This document shows, piece after piece, positions 23,033 to 36,379 of a stretch of 64,000 nucleotides of DNA; positions within the stretch are counted from its first letter, which is position 1, and each line of letters starts with the position of its first letter. Location: the NCBI GenBank assembly GCA_040437565.1, contig JBDOQK010000003.1, positions 248,001 to 312,000 on the forward strand. Direction: 5' to 3'. This stretch comes from Albugo candida (Eukaryota). The notes below the pieces were generated by a model. That model ran no database searches, was not told where the DNA came from, and worked only from the letters and a program-made list of their open reading frames with translations. The position numbers and the translations under genes are program-made.

Positions 23033-24733
23033 GTAAGGACAGCACCAAAGGATAAGCGATATCTAACGGATTGGATAAAGCAGATATCGGTGCAACCTTC
23101 GACTGGATTACTTATCGCAAGAAGACGAACATAACGCACATAATAGTCTGCAAAGCACAAGATGGATTTAGATGACTTGTGGCGTTGCATAATAGATTGA
23201 GCAAGAACACGTCTTGTATCTCCACTATAACTGAATATTCATTGGCGCAGCAAAATCCCACCATGAAAAACTGTGAACTTGAACAAATTCTGTCCGTAGG
23301 GTACTTATTCCCCATAATTGTGACACTGATCTGCAGCTTATGAGATGTTAAAGGATTAGATTTTGAGTGCTTGCATGTCACAAATACGGAGCCATTTTCC
23401 CCCTTTGTTCGCAAGTAATTAATTCTTTGTTTAGATGAAATACTTTAGACTTTGTGATCACTAAAACAACATGTTCGTATCCGACCACTATTCCAAATCT
23501 TGAACTCCTCTTTGATAAAGAACAAAATTGCTACATGCTGATCTCGTGCGTCAGCCAAGTAAAACATTCCCCATAAATGCCAAAAGCACGAGCTAACGAC
23601 GCTCAGACATTGACGGGAGGTCATGAGCAAATGATCAAGTACGTGAGAACGATCCTTGTACTTTTCCTTGGGCTGTATACTCGAACTGCATCAACTCGTC
23701 GCATCCTTGCTTCTTCGCCTGACTACAGATCGATAGAATCACTTGTAGAGAGAACCTCTTGTGTGTAAGACTCTGAGATTGAGCATTAATGTCTGATAAT
23801 AAAAATTCTTTATAGTCGAAACTGCTCCTAACTGGGAGCATCCACAGAGTACTCAAGTGCAAATGTGATCGGTAGTGAATACGGCTCAAATGTAGCCATG
23901 GTCCTTCTAAGGTACAACTTCGCATGGTAGCCGGCAGAACGTTATGTGCATTCATCTTTTACTTAAATGACGTGTTGTATGTCTGTAGCACCTGATCAGA
24001 TGAGAGGTTTTCTGCAAAATTAGGGTGAGACTGATGGATCGGTCCATTTACAGTCCTGGAATCATTACTACGGGTAACGTTGGTAGCTTTGGTTGCTAAT
24101 AGCTTCAAACATGTAATTTTGATCAATTTCGCCGTTTTGGAAGTATCATAATGTTGACATCAGATTTGATGGTAGCAGCATCAGGTCCCGATCTGCTCAA
24201 TGGCTCAAAGTATACGCATTCAAGTGATTTCATACTGCCCAGAGTTGTCGCTGTAGACTTTTGGATGTCGCAAAGTGATACGAGCCTCTCACTCAAAAAA
24301 ACTTGATGCGTACAATTGGTCGGATACCGGTGCCTATTCGTGTCTGTGTGTGCAGATGAACGACAGAAAAAAAAATAGATCAAGCAGCTGGGTGTCAACC
24401 TCTCAAGTATTATTGTTTCAAACTCATTGCCCGTGATCATGCACCTAAAATAGAGGTGCTGTTCATAGGAATCTCAATCAATAGCTGTCGATGGCGCCCC
24501 AATGTGTGAATCACCGCATTTATTCTTTCATTTGGAATCTTCCCTATACCAGCACATATTCCTCATACTACCATGACATTCGTTCACCACCAGTAAGATC
24601 TTTGTGCTGATCATCAATATCGCTTAAAGTCACGCCCCAATCGCATGGCCCGCACCAATGAGTCTGTTGAGATTTCCAACCAGCAAACTCTATTCTACAT
24701 CCAAGCTTTCCCATAGAACATCTATTTCAGCAC

Positions 24734-27700
24734 CTATAAGCCCTCAAGACTTTCCTTTTCTTCTTCCGGGCTTTTTGAGATTATTCTTCCAACACGATCA
24801 CCCAGGATCTGGCTTTGGTTCCAAATCGGGCATGGTAGACTTTGACACGTTTGATACCATATAAATTGATTTCCCTCTGTACAAAGAGAGCACAATTGTC
24901 GGAGCTTTCCTAGCTGCATATCGAGTAAAACTTCCCTATGCTTCAATTGGAGTAAGCTCCGCTGTGCGTTCTCTTGACAACATGGACACAAAGCATTTGG
25001 GCGGGTCCAATCCAATGAGATCATGGAAGACGAAGGGATGACGGAACCGCATAAATAGCAACGAACGCTCTTGTAGAAAAATTCGATCGATTTACGATTG
25101 CTCGGGGTAGACCTTCTTGGATGTTGGGGTTTCTCTTGTAGCAAGTCCTCGATATCGATACTGGCGTATCCATTTGCTTTACTATTCACCTTGGAAACGC
25201 TGGCAAACCAATCCCGAATGTTCACGCCTACTAGCAGAAATAAGCGTTCCAGACTTGGAATGATCTGTTTCTCAATGTAGTATTGATAGTTGATTGTGTT
25301 TCCGGACGGATTGGCTACAAAACGGTACGGTGATATCACTAAATCAATCAATCGAGCACCTGGAAAGCCATTGATGACAACGTAAGGAACGCGTTCTGCA
25401 TACCGCGGTTCAGCTCTAGGATCGGATGCCATCGCTTTCAGACTGACAAGAGCTGCAGGCGGCGCGTGAGAGTTATCCGCATAACTTCCTAATCGAACTT
25501 CTTTTGCAAAAACGTAGTCGCGTAAGGGAATCTGATTGCTCAGCATTTGACGGCGTATATGGATCATGACACGTTTGATTCGGGATAAATCGCGGGTCTC
25601 AAACAGGAGCTGAAGTGAAGTACGCATGAGTTTTTGGACAAGTACGCATGAATCGCGACGGACAATCTCAACACCCTTGGCATCCAATTCGCCTTGTACC
25701 TGGTCTAAAGATTCGTACTTGTAGCCTACGTATCGTTTTTTCGAGACCAATATGCAGCCAAAGTACACCTTTTCCATTTTCAGTTCGACAGGTCTACACA
25801 CAAGCGATGAACAGTGCCACATCCGTATGTCGAAAAGATTCTCAGACCTCGGATTCAAAGCTGTGATTTTTTTGGCGATTTCCTGTCCGATGCAAAATGC
25901 TTCATTTTTTGAACGGCCTTCAAGTAGAACAAATAAACTATCGGTATCTCCATAAACAACACGCGCGTTCCACTCGGAATGTGATTCAACCACTCGCACT
26001 GTTGCTTCCAAAGTGCATCGACCAGTCTAAGTAGATATATCTTGAAAAAATCTAGCAAAATAATTTTCAGTGTACCTGAACGATAGCATCAGCAAGCTGG
26101 GCGCATGGCATTCTCCCTGAAAACCCAGCTGCAGTGTACCCGTAGGTAACATTGGCAATCAGCTTGAGAGCAAGTTGACGTGCATCCAGCTTCTTGTATA
26201 AATTCTTTGACAGCGTCGGAGACTGATGTTTCTTCATCGCATGTTTGATCATGATTCGTGTTGCCAAAATCTCTTCCAAGATCGCAGGGACAATGCCCCT
26301 ACGACGTGATTTTGGACAGAACAATGTTCCATTAGGAGCAATGTGAATCTCTTGATCGCAATTTGTAAATCCTTTTTCATCAGGACTGAATGAGGTCACA
26401 CCCATAAAAGTCTCAAGCTCTGGCTTCATCCCGTTTTCTAGGCGCCCAAGATACGTGGAATAGCAGAGATTATATGCGATCACGAGGGAGGGATACAGCG
26501 ACTATTTCACATAGTTAGTGTGTGTTTCAGGAGAGATAGGGAAGGAAGCTTACTTGAAAGTCCAAGACCACGACTGGGTCTGAATAATAACGCGACTGAG
26601 GCTCCATCACCAGAGGAATACACTCCATGGGCGCTTGTGCCGCGACTTGATTACGACTTGGTGATAGCAGCACAAAGTTATTCCGTTTGGTCACGCGGAG
26701 CATCACAGCCTCCACACGAAATTGTGATCCACGCGAAAGAACGGAATAAAAATCGATACCAAAAAGTCGAGCCATTTCACTACTCAACGAGTGTTCAGAT
26801 TGTCTCGAGAATATGCGACACAAACGTTAATGCACCTTGTGCGCGTGATGAATTGCATTCGCGACAAAAGCTTGAGGTTCACAACGGCCTTGTCAAGCAA
26901 ATGATCTAACATCTTCCAACGTCGTAAACCTTCTTCTCTAAAACTCGTTGACATTTCTTGCCAGCTATAAGTCGGCCATGTTTGTTGAAGCACAGATTGC
27001 ACAATGTCTTCGATGCTGTATCGAGCTAATTTGAGTTCGGATCGAGCCACGCGCCATAGATTAATGACATGTCGACCGTGAATCCAAAGTCCAGATGCTT
27101 TTGCCATTCCCCATATCGTGCCGATCGATGTCTTGATCTTACCTGGATCTTTATCGTCTACATTCACGTGAGAAACGGGATTACGGGCGTCAATTGGAGT
27201 CTGGGGAAGTCGTGACATAGTTTGTATAAGGTTGATCTACATGAGCATATGTAGACATCAAAACAAGCTGTAAGTCTCATTCCGCCATAATCAAGTGTAC
27301 ATTCAGATGCATGGCACGATCCACGAGATATCCAATCGAGCTTTTCTGTACTTCAAATCCTGTAAGAAAATCTGGATCCCATGTCTCTACGACCTTGTTG
27401 AAGCATGTAAAGATCTCTTCTTCACTCGAAACAGCGAATATGGCAGCATCATGACGACCAAGACAGAATCTCTTTCCGATCAGCTTTCGTTTGGCTGTGA
27501 TCAATTGCGCAAAATTCGCCTCGAAACGCAAAGTATCTTGAGATTCTTTTACTAGAGTATTTTGAGAGTCGGGAATGGCTTTGTCTTCGGCTGTGTTGAT
27601 AATGACGCCTGTGTGTTTCGTCTTGTTTCGATGGAATCCTTCTTTAGCTGAAATTGCATACGCTATCGCGCCAATAGCATCGATAGCAGGGTCTGGCGAT

Positions 27701-30700
27701 AGACTTCCTCGACAAAATGCACAAACTTCGACGGACAGAGTGGTGATATTGGGTGTCGATGTGGAGTGTACTTGCTCAGTTGCTGACAGCGACGTTGACG
27801 AATTGATTTGATTGCTCGTACTGAGAGCCTCACGTTTCACCTGTAGTCAAGTTTCGGATAGCCATCAGCCACTTGATAAGGAGATGATACATACCTCATT
27901 TTGACGAGAAGAAGCTTCCTTCGATAGCCAGTTACGCACCATACTTTGACTCGGTGGGAGCATAGCTGTTGTATACAGACGATTATGATTCTACGCATGG
28001 AAATTGAATGTTTCGTGATGTATTAAGCCCGCGGGAGTTCTTACCGCATCCCTGCAACCTGAACGTCTGTGTTCGCCTTGTTCTACGGAGATGAGCTCAT
28101 CCAGACCGCGGAATACTCTGCCGATAGTATTACTACTGAGCTCATGTCGTTGCATGAAAGTATCGAAGCGATCGAGTTTCGTGACGTCATTTTGATCAGT
28201 GAATTGAAACTTATAACCACCAAACATTAATGGCTTTTTGGGCAGATCGCCGGGATCAGAGTAAAAGGCTCCAGTATTCTGTACAATACGTCATGAAAGA
28301 TGCTCCGATACTGATTGATCGCAAGTGGACTCACATGATGTGGTAAGATTCCGAGTGATTGAGATGATTCGATCAATTCCTCAAAGGTAGGAGGACGCGT
28401 ACGGTATAGCCACACTTTATTTTCTTGCACTGAGTCTCTTATTATCGATGCCTTTCTTCGCTTCCTTTGCTTTGAAAGGCAAAGAATTGGAGAAGTATCT
28501 GGAGTTGCCTTCAATCTGTTATTGGTATTGCTTTGGTGTATCATTTCTTGAGATGGTTTGATGCATTGTGATTGTGAACAATCGGTTTTGATTCGATTTG
28601 TATCTGCTGCCCAGACTTCCCTGGAATAAGTAATTGTTTCAGAGGCTTGTGAATCCGTAGTCAATTGTGCTTTTCTTGAGTATGATTTTGCGTTCAGGCT
28701 GAAAAAGTCTTGCTTTTGTAGCTTCTTCGTCCGATCGGACGCGCGATTGATGCGTGAGCTTCCAATATCCGCCGCATGTTGTGACTTATCTGTGGATACC
28801 TCCCACCATTTACTCGATCGATTCGCAGTAGCATTCGATTTATAGTTTGGACTCTCGGATGTTGACACTCGTTGCGATTCCAGGATTGCTGTCGCTTCGG
28901 CTGCATCGTTTCGTTTGTCAGATTCGTCAGATCGATCCGATCGATAATCCGCTAATTCATTTTCCAATTCGACTCCAGTTGAGCTGTCTTCCAAAGGATT
29001 TTTCATCCTGAGTAAAAAGTTGAGAATATCGAGATCTTCTTCAGCACGCTAGCGAATGCGAAGCGGTGATGAAAACCGTTGTATAAATGCGCAAAGAACT
29101 CACTTTTGTATCGGACATGCCACTACAGTTTTGGCTAAATGAAAATTGATTTTCAGTGTCCGGAGAATGAATCTGGGAGCTCATGGGAACAAGATCATCG
29201 CCTTCGATCTCACTATGACCTCGTTTTTCCTCTATTCCTTCAGATTTGACTTTTATAATTTTTGTCATAATTTTATTCAAAGAAGTTTTCATTTGATCAT
29301 AAAAGTGCGACTGTGAAAGCAGAGTTTGAGACAGTCGAACATCCGTTTTGGAGCGTGATCCAAAGAAACGCTTTTGCTGTGTGTCTGTTTCCCGAGGGTA
29401 GCTATCTGGTNNNNNNNNNNNNNNNNNNNNNNNNNNNNNNNNNNNNNNNNNNNNNNNNNNNNNNNNNNNNNNNNNNNNNNNNNNNNNNNNNNNNNNNNNN
29501 NNNNNNNNNNTGTCCGGAGAATGAATCTGGGAGCTCATGGGAACAAGATCATCGCCTTCGATCTCACTATGACCTCGTTTTTCCTCTATTCCTTCAGATT
29601 TGACTTTTATAATTTTTGTCATAATTTTATTCAAAGAAGTTTTCATTTGATCATAAAAGTGCGACTGTGAAAGCAGAGTTTGAGACAGTCGAACATCCGT
29701 TTTGGAGCGTGATCCAAAGAAACGCTTTTGCTGTGTGTCTGTTTCCCGAGGGTAGCTATCTGGTAATTCTGGTGATTCATCCAAATGAGCCATTCGTCGT
29801 CTTTCTTTTTCTTCCTAAGAATTTGAATATCAATACAGCTATCAAGCTTTTCGAACACTCAGTTTTGTACCTCCCACAAAACGGCCAGAGATGGAACGTT
29901 ATTGACAATTCCGCGGGTTTCCAGTGAGATCTGATGTTCTCGAAATCGTCTCGAGTTTAGTACTGAGGCTATCGCAACATCCAGCTCCAAGCTACATGAA
30001 GATTGACGACACCCGTTACTTTGTGGAAAGCCAGTGACTAGTACATGACGACCACGGATTTCGACAGATATTTGCTTGGACGACGACGATATCATGTGCT
30101 CGGGTACATTGCCTTGCAGGTAGATTCTTCTACACATTTCTCTGGTATCCACAATTGCTGACATATCATCCATTAAATGATGCTGCGACACTGGAAGTGG
30201 AGCCCGGAACTATACCACTTCCAGTTACAGTTTTAATATCACTATCATCCGTAGTTTCTCGAAAATGTCTCCGTACCTTCACATTGGAGAGATATAAAGG
30301 GTTCATTCCTTCAATGTGATAATCGGCAAACGTCTGGCGACATTGAGACTATTAGCAAACTCTGCATACCACAAAAACCAATCGATTCCGTACCTGCAGC
30401 ATGTACGGAACGTGAGATTCAAAAGTTTGGAAAACACGCTTGGCTATCTGGCCACTTTCTAGCAATTGAACCAAATGATTCGAATGTCGAGGATTATAAT
30501 AAAATAACTGTATGAATAAGCAAGGTTGATCATGATATCCGTAAAATGGGATTCCCTTCACTATCATCAGCTAAGGGTCTCATTAGAAGCGATTGCAGAG
30601 CAAAATTTGTCGATGAAAACCTTTGCAATCACGTTGGAAAACTTTGCATTGGAAGAAATAGTCGAAGAATGATCCAACTTTTTCTGAAAACTTTTCTCAA

Positions 30701-31062
30701 TATCTGTCGCTAGTGCTGGTAAAAGCTTCTGTAGCTCCGACAATTTTCCGAAAATTGGGTCATTCTCGCAACGAAGATAGAAATACGGGAGTACCTACAG
30801 TAGATGTGGCCAAGTAAGAAGATGATTAATATGTTATTAGGCAGCAGCGTACTCCGTGTAGATGCACCAGGGTCTTTTGGCCAGCGGATGTGGATCCAAA
30901 GATGCGAATCACAGGTACACGATGAGCTTTTCGGTAGTAAGGAGATTTTGGAAGATTGAAAAGTTCATTGTCGGGTAATGGTGTATTCATATAGTAATCA
31001 ACATGAACGACATCAACACGGATGAATTCCTCATCGTTAGTGCGCTCGACGACAGAACTCAT
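24734..31062 (-). CDS. REV3: DNA polymerase zeta catalytic subunit REV3 (multi-exon)
   Basis: VPVIRIFGSTSAGQKTLVHLHGV, KGIPFYGYH, FESHVPYMLQ, SRGSQFRVE, LDFQSLYPS, KLIANVTYGY, VYGDTDS and two C-terminal Cys clusters. Confidence 0.96.
29157..29764. repeat. Gap-flanking direct duplication (29157-29410 = 29511-29764), assembly artefact
   Basis: Apparently identical copies either side of exactly 100 N, inside REV3. Confidence 0.85.
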
Positions 31063-31114
31063 AACTATTGCATAATTATTAAAGTGTCAGACACAGTTGT
31101 ATTAGTAACAGCCG

Positions 31115-33259
31115 TTAGCTGCTTGAAATCTCCGATATTAACTGATGCAGATGCTCATCCGTGTAGAGTGAAGCAGCGTGTCCGTCACTCCACGTCACAG
31201 CGTACGCGTAATTGCCCTTCACAAGAGAGCAATTACATCATAAGTAAAAATATACTTTTACTATCTCGCGTCGCTACCTTTCGTTGTATTGTTGTCGGTA
31301 CGATATCTGTTGGAATTTTTGTACCATCGAGCAACTGAAGCGATATTTTTCAAGCGTTAACTTGCCATTCCACGCTCTACTTTGCGTACCTGTTTTCCTG
31401 TAAATTCGTCAATACATTGAGCACATCGGCATCTAAAGAACCCTCTGCTTGAGATCGAATGTGCAGCCTATTTTACAAAAGTCTTACTGCGCGCGAAGAT
31501 GAGCTGCTGATAATGTGACTTCCTTTGCTTCCGTCGATGTATACGATCGAAGAAGAATACCACGCGCAGAATTGAACAGAAGCTCGGGCGCTAAAAGCGC
31601 TTTGTGTCGTAGCCTGACTACCTCACGTGCGATCTGCGCCATACACTCGAGTTGGTCATAAGCACATTACATATCGCTGTAAAGCATTTCTACCGCCGCT
31701 GCTATCTCTTTATATGTCTCAACTGTTTTTGAACATTTCCCACCGAGCACAAGAGGTCTACGTACAGGAGATGCACAACATATTGAAGGATAGTCAAAAA
31801 ATCAAAGATAAATCAACACACCTTCCGTGATCAGCTGCAAACGCGCTTTCCTGAGTCATTGGCAATTGGAACGCGTGCTCGATCAAGTACTTCTCGGCAA
31901 GCTCCTGCATGTGGCTCTCTCCTATGGTACAAATAATGACCAAGTGGATATTCGAAGAAACTGATATGTACCGAATGGATAATGTCGCGTGCCATGTATA
32001 CAATCGAAAAATGCCATGTTCTCCACCACGGCGACCGATGGAACCTAAGGGAAGAAACAAAGTCAGGGCCATGGGCAGATCGACCGACATCACCGCACTT
32101 TTAAGTTTTGAAACATGACGATTCCTTTTTCAACATCTATAGTACTACGATAATCAATGCAGGGCACCATTTGTTGACAAAATGTGAGGAGAATCACACC
32201 TCAAACGTTGTGGTGTAGTTACAATTACTGCGGCAGAAATAGCCATTTGCTGCGTCAAAGACATTTGAATGTCTCCAGTTCCTGGAGGCATATCAACGAT
32301 CAAAAAGTCGAGAGACCCCCACTGCGTCGCGAGTATTAATTGATCAATGAGTTTTGAGACCATTGGACCCCGCATCACTGCCGCACCAACTCCACCAGCA
32401 CCTGGAGCTGCTTTCTGATTAACAAAGCCGAACGACATCAGTTTGACGCCATGAAATTCAAGCGGGAGGACAAATCCTTTATTGGTCGGTGATGGCCGCA
32501 CAACGCGGTCCTCCGGATAGACCATCGTCGGTAAACTTGGACCGTATATATCTGCATCCAATATACCTACACGTGCACCGCGCTGGACGAGACTAAGCTC
32601 ACGTGACTTTATTTGCTGAAAGAAGTAAAGGTAAAAGCATTCCATTCACCTGTAAGCAAGGTTGACGGCAACGGTGGATTTTCCAACACCGCCTTTGCAG
32701 CTCGAAACTGCAATTATCTCAGACACGTTTTCCAGTGCAGAGTATCGCTTGGCATGGAGATTTTTTGGTTTAGGACGCACAGCATCAATATGCAAGGACT
32801 GTATCCAATCAAGCTCCTCCAAGCGCTTCATTGAATCCGTTTTCCACTATGTCGCGTTTTAGAATTTACGAATGCATTTGCAGATGCATGAACCTGCTCC
32901 GCCACATCCAAAAGCGCTCCATTTGGTGCCTCCAACGTCAGCATGACTGACTTTTCTTGCAATGAAACTTTCACATTCTATTCCAACACGATTTCACTAC
33001 GAGAATGTGTTTAGAGTGAAAGGCTCACCTTCACACGGCCTAAAGTTACAATATCACTCTTCAAACCTAACATGTCCGGAACTTGTCGCAACTTTGATAG
33101 AATGTCCATCTCCATCTGCGCATTTTGTCGCGTGGAGAACGAGTAAGATAATAATTTATGGCTGGGGTACAAGTGACTGCTTCGGAAGCTACTTGGCAAG
33201 TGGTTTAAGCTCGAATTGGTCCATCGCGATAATCTCACTGGAGGTAGATGAAGCATCAT
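31115..33259 (-). CDS. HCF101: HCF101-type Fe-S cluster carrier (DUF59 + Mrp/NBP35 P-loop + DUF971), multi-exon
   Basis: [10 protein letters not shown] (DUF59), [50 protein letters not shown] and last exon [13 protein letters not shown] (DUF971). Alternative ATG at 33292. Confidence 0.88.
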
Positions 33260-33321
33260 TTTTATAATCGCAAACACATTATACTGTACCATACCACTAT
33301 TCGAGGCGCTTTTGGCACAAT

Positions 33322-33731
33322 ATGGTAATCAGTCAAGTAAATGGTGTGGTGGCATGTGAGATGATGGATGTTTTCGTTTCCACGGTAAAAAGTGGGAAAT
33401 CTTGGTCAAGTGCAAACGATGCAAGTCACCGAAAGAATCCATCAAGTGTGGCAGATATTATTGATCCTAATTGTTCNNNNNNNNNNNNNNNNNNNNNNNN
33501 NNNNNNNNNNNNNNNNNNNNNNNNNNNNNNNNNNNNNNNNNNNNNNNNNNNNNNNNNNNNNNNNNNNNNNNNNNNNATGGTAATCAGTCAAGTAAATGGT
33601 GTGGTGGCATGTGAGATGATGGATGTTTTCGTTTCCACGGTAAAAAGTGGGAAATCTTGGTCAAGTGCAAACGATGCAAGTCACCGAAAGAATCCATCAA
33701 GTGTGGCAGATATTATTGATCCTAATTGTTC
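33322..33731. repeat. Gap-flanking direct duplication (33322-33476 = 33577-33731), assembly artefact
   Basis: Apparently identical copies around 100 N. Confidence 0.85.
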
Positions 33732-34322
33732 TACAAGATAGGGATGGTGCTGGTGATTTCCACTGCTTATTTTAGGCAGTCGGTGACGACTGTCACAAAC
33801 ATTGGAAATCTCACATGAAGCATTTTATAATCTAGTCGTTCTGTATAGGATCTCGAAGTACTCTCAATCGGCCTTGAGGATATACTTTACATCGGTGGCC
33901 TTAGTGTGACAAGCGACTGTAAAAGCATCTCTTATGTAAGATTTCGGTCGTTCTCGTAGTAAGGAGCTCAGTTGGGTCAATCGAATTTGTTTATATCACT
34001 GACTGCGTTCCCGATTTATTGTATGGCCCAAGAGCGTTTCCTCACTATTGTAGTCAACAACCAAACATCATTCACCTCAGAGAGATTGCGATATATGGTT
34101 GATAAGCAATCGTAGTCGGCGCATTGTTAATCAAAGGAGGTAGGTTCAAACGCTCTTACTCACTCATAAAAATGGAAAGAAGATCGTCTCAATATGGGAA
34201 TTCCTCAGCAGAACATTACAATACCATCTCCATTTTGCTTATAAGAAATGAAAAAATCATATTCGCAATACATTGCATCACAGGTGCTATTTCTTGTGCA
34301 GATATTCCTAAGGTATCACAAA

Positions 34323-35291
34323 TCAAAATCGATATGTCATGCCACGATCAATGACACGTACATCTGCAGCATCTTGTCCGCACTGAATAAAAGCGTCGGC
34401 GATTTGTTTGCAGCGAAGCACATTTTGTGGATTTCCTTTGTAGCATTCCAAGCATGCGCGGCGCTCTTCTGTACATTGAACTGGTTTGATCGGCGCATTG
34501 TACTTTTTATGGCTAATCTCCTCCACTAACTGCCTGACACGAGCATTGGCTTCATCCTCCAGCTTCTTCGCCTCTTTTGCTTGATGAGAAGTACTCGATT
34601 GCAATTCCTGNNNNNNNNNNNNNNNNNNNNNNNNNNNNNNNNNNNNNNNNNNNNNNNNNNNNNNNNNNNNNNNNNNNNNNNNNNNNNNNNNNNNNNNNNN
34701 NNNNNNNNNNCGCTCTTCTGTACATTGAACTGGTTTGATCGGCGCATTGTACTTTTTATGGCTAATCTCCTCCACTAACTGCCTGACACGAGCATTGGCT
34801 TCATCCTCCAGCTTCTTCGCCTCTTTTGCTTGATGAGAAGTACTCGATTGCAATTCCTGAGATTGTTTTTCAAGTCGAAGTCGACCATTTTCCTCTCCCT
34901 TCAACGACAAAAGTATAAGCCTCCAATTAGCTTTTAGTGAGTACCTTTTGGATTCGTAAAGATCCAGAAGTTCTCATTCTACAAACCTTTCTATAAGCGT
35001 TTTCTAATTGCTTTCGGTATATTTCTTCTTTACTACGTTGAAAAAGAAAACCTGTAAGCTTTGACACGTTGAGCATTGCAAGGGTTTGTACATTTGTATG
35101 ATTCTTTCATTGTGACTTGCATCAGCTGATTGTTCAGGTTTCTTTGCCTTTTCGAGATCATTAAGATGCTTAATGAGATCGGGTGTGAGATCTATAGTGC
35201 ACTTCGTCACAGAATCACTATCAAATGCATCTTCCTGATTCAAATTTGTGGCATGCTCTGAGCTTTGAATGCGCGATGGCTTGTTGCCCAT
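34323..35291 (-). CDS. MIC19: MICOS subunit Mic19/CHCHD3-like
   Basis: MGNKPS myristoylation-type start, coiled coil, and C-terminal twin CX9C (CTEERRACLEC..CKQIADAFIQC). Contains a gap-associated duplication, and the 3' end is approximate. Confidence 0.7.
34462..34859. repeat. Gap-flanking direct duplication (34462-34610 = 34711-34859), assembly artefact
   Basis: Apparently identical copies around 100 N, inside Mic19. Confidence 0.85.
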
Positions 35292-36379
35292 AATGTTGCA
35301 GGGATATGTGGTACAAAACCGGTATGCATAACGGGCCACGGGATACTGAGATAAACAATCGAAGCATTTCTTTACCGGTGCTCTGTCAATGTATCATTTC
35401 GTTTTCCTTCCTCTCTAAGCGACAAATGATAGTTCAAATATTTGATAGGAACAGTGCGAAGGTCTTTTATGTCAATCAGATTTGCCATCGATAAAAAATA
35501 CATGCGTTAAAGTATCACATTGATATGAATTTAAGCTGCGCAACAAGCAAATATACTTCAATTACTCAAAAAGTGTCGTTAGTGAAATAGTCCTTGCATT
35601 TACAAAGCCTTCGATCTTGTTCTGCATCTACCACAAAATTGATAGCAGGTACATCGGAAGATATAGTGTAGATCTGTTTNNNNNNNNNNNNNNNNNNNNN
35701 NNNNNNNNNNNNNNNNNNNNNNNNNNNNNNNNNNNNNNNNNNNNNNNNNNNNNNNNNNNNNNNNNNNNNNNNNNNNNNNAAGGGTTTGTACATTTGTATG
35801 ATTCTTTCATTGTGACTTGCATCAGCTGATTGTTCAGGTTTCTTTGCCTTTTCGAGATCATTAAGATGCTTAATGAGATCGGGTGTGAGATCTATAGTGC
35901 ACTTCGTCACAGAATCACTATCAAATGCATCTTCCTGATTCAAATTTGTGGCATGCTCTGAGCTTTGAATGCGCGATGGCTTGTTGCCCATAATGTTGCA
36001 GGGATATGTGGTACAAAACCGGTATGCATAACGGGCCACGGGATACTGAGATAAACAATCGAAGCATTTCTTTACCGGTGCTCTGTCAATGTATCATTTC
36101 GTTTTCCTTCCTCTCTAAGCGACAAATGATAGTTCAAATATTTGATAGGAACAGTGCGAAGGTCTTTTATGTCAATCAGATTTGCCATCGATAAAAAATA
36201 CATGCGTTAAAGTATCACATTGATATGAATTTAAGCTGCGCAACAAGCAAATATACTTCAATTACTCAAAAAGTGTCGTTAGTGAAATAGTCCTTGCATT
36301 TACAAAGCCTTCGATCTTGTTCTGCATCTACCACAAAATTGATAGCAGGTACATCGGAAGATATAGTGTAGATCTGTTT
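35080..36379. repeat. Gap-flanking direct duplication (35080-35679 = 35780-36379), assembly artefact
   Basis: 600-bp apparently identical copies around 100 N. They duplicate Mic19 exon 1 and the neighbouring gene's last exon. Confidence 0.85.

Noticed and set aside
24123-24720. Short ORFs in the gene-poor island as possible transposase or reverse transcriptase remnants
   Set aside because: No recognisable catalytic motif by eye. A translated repeat-library search would be needed.
2208-31062. Apparent clustering of chromatin and replication genes (Sds3-like, EED, TOP3A, HMG/histone fold, Treslin-like, REV3)
   Set aside because: They are interspersed with unrelated genes and share no visible regulatory motif. 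Chance is adequate in a gene-dense genome.
35780-36039. Second Mic19 exon 1, apparently fused to a different C-terminus (ORF 35566-36039)
   Set aside because: Chimeric ORF read through N. It is part of the 600-bp overlap artefact.
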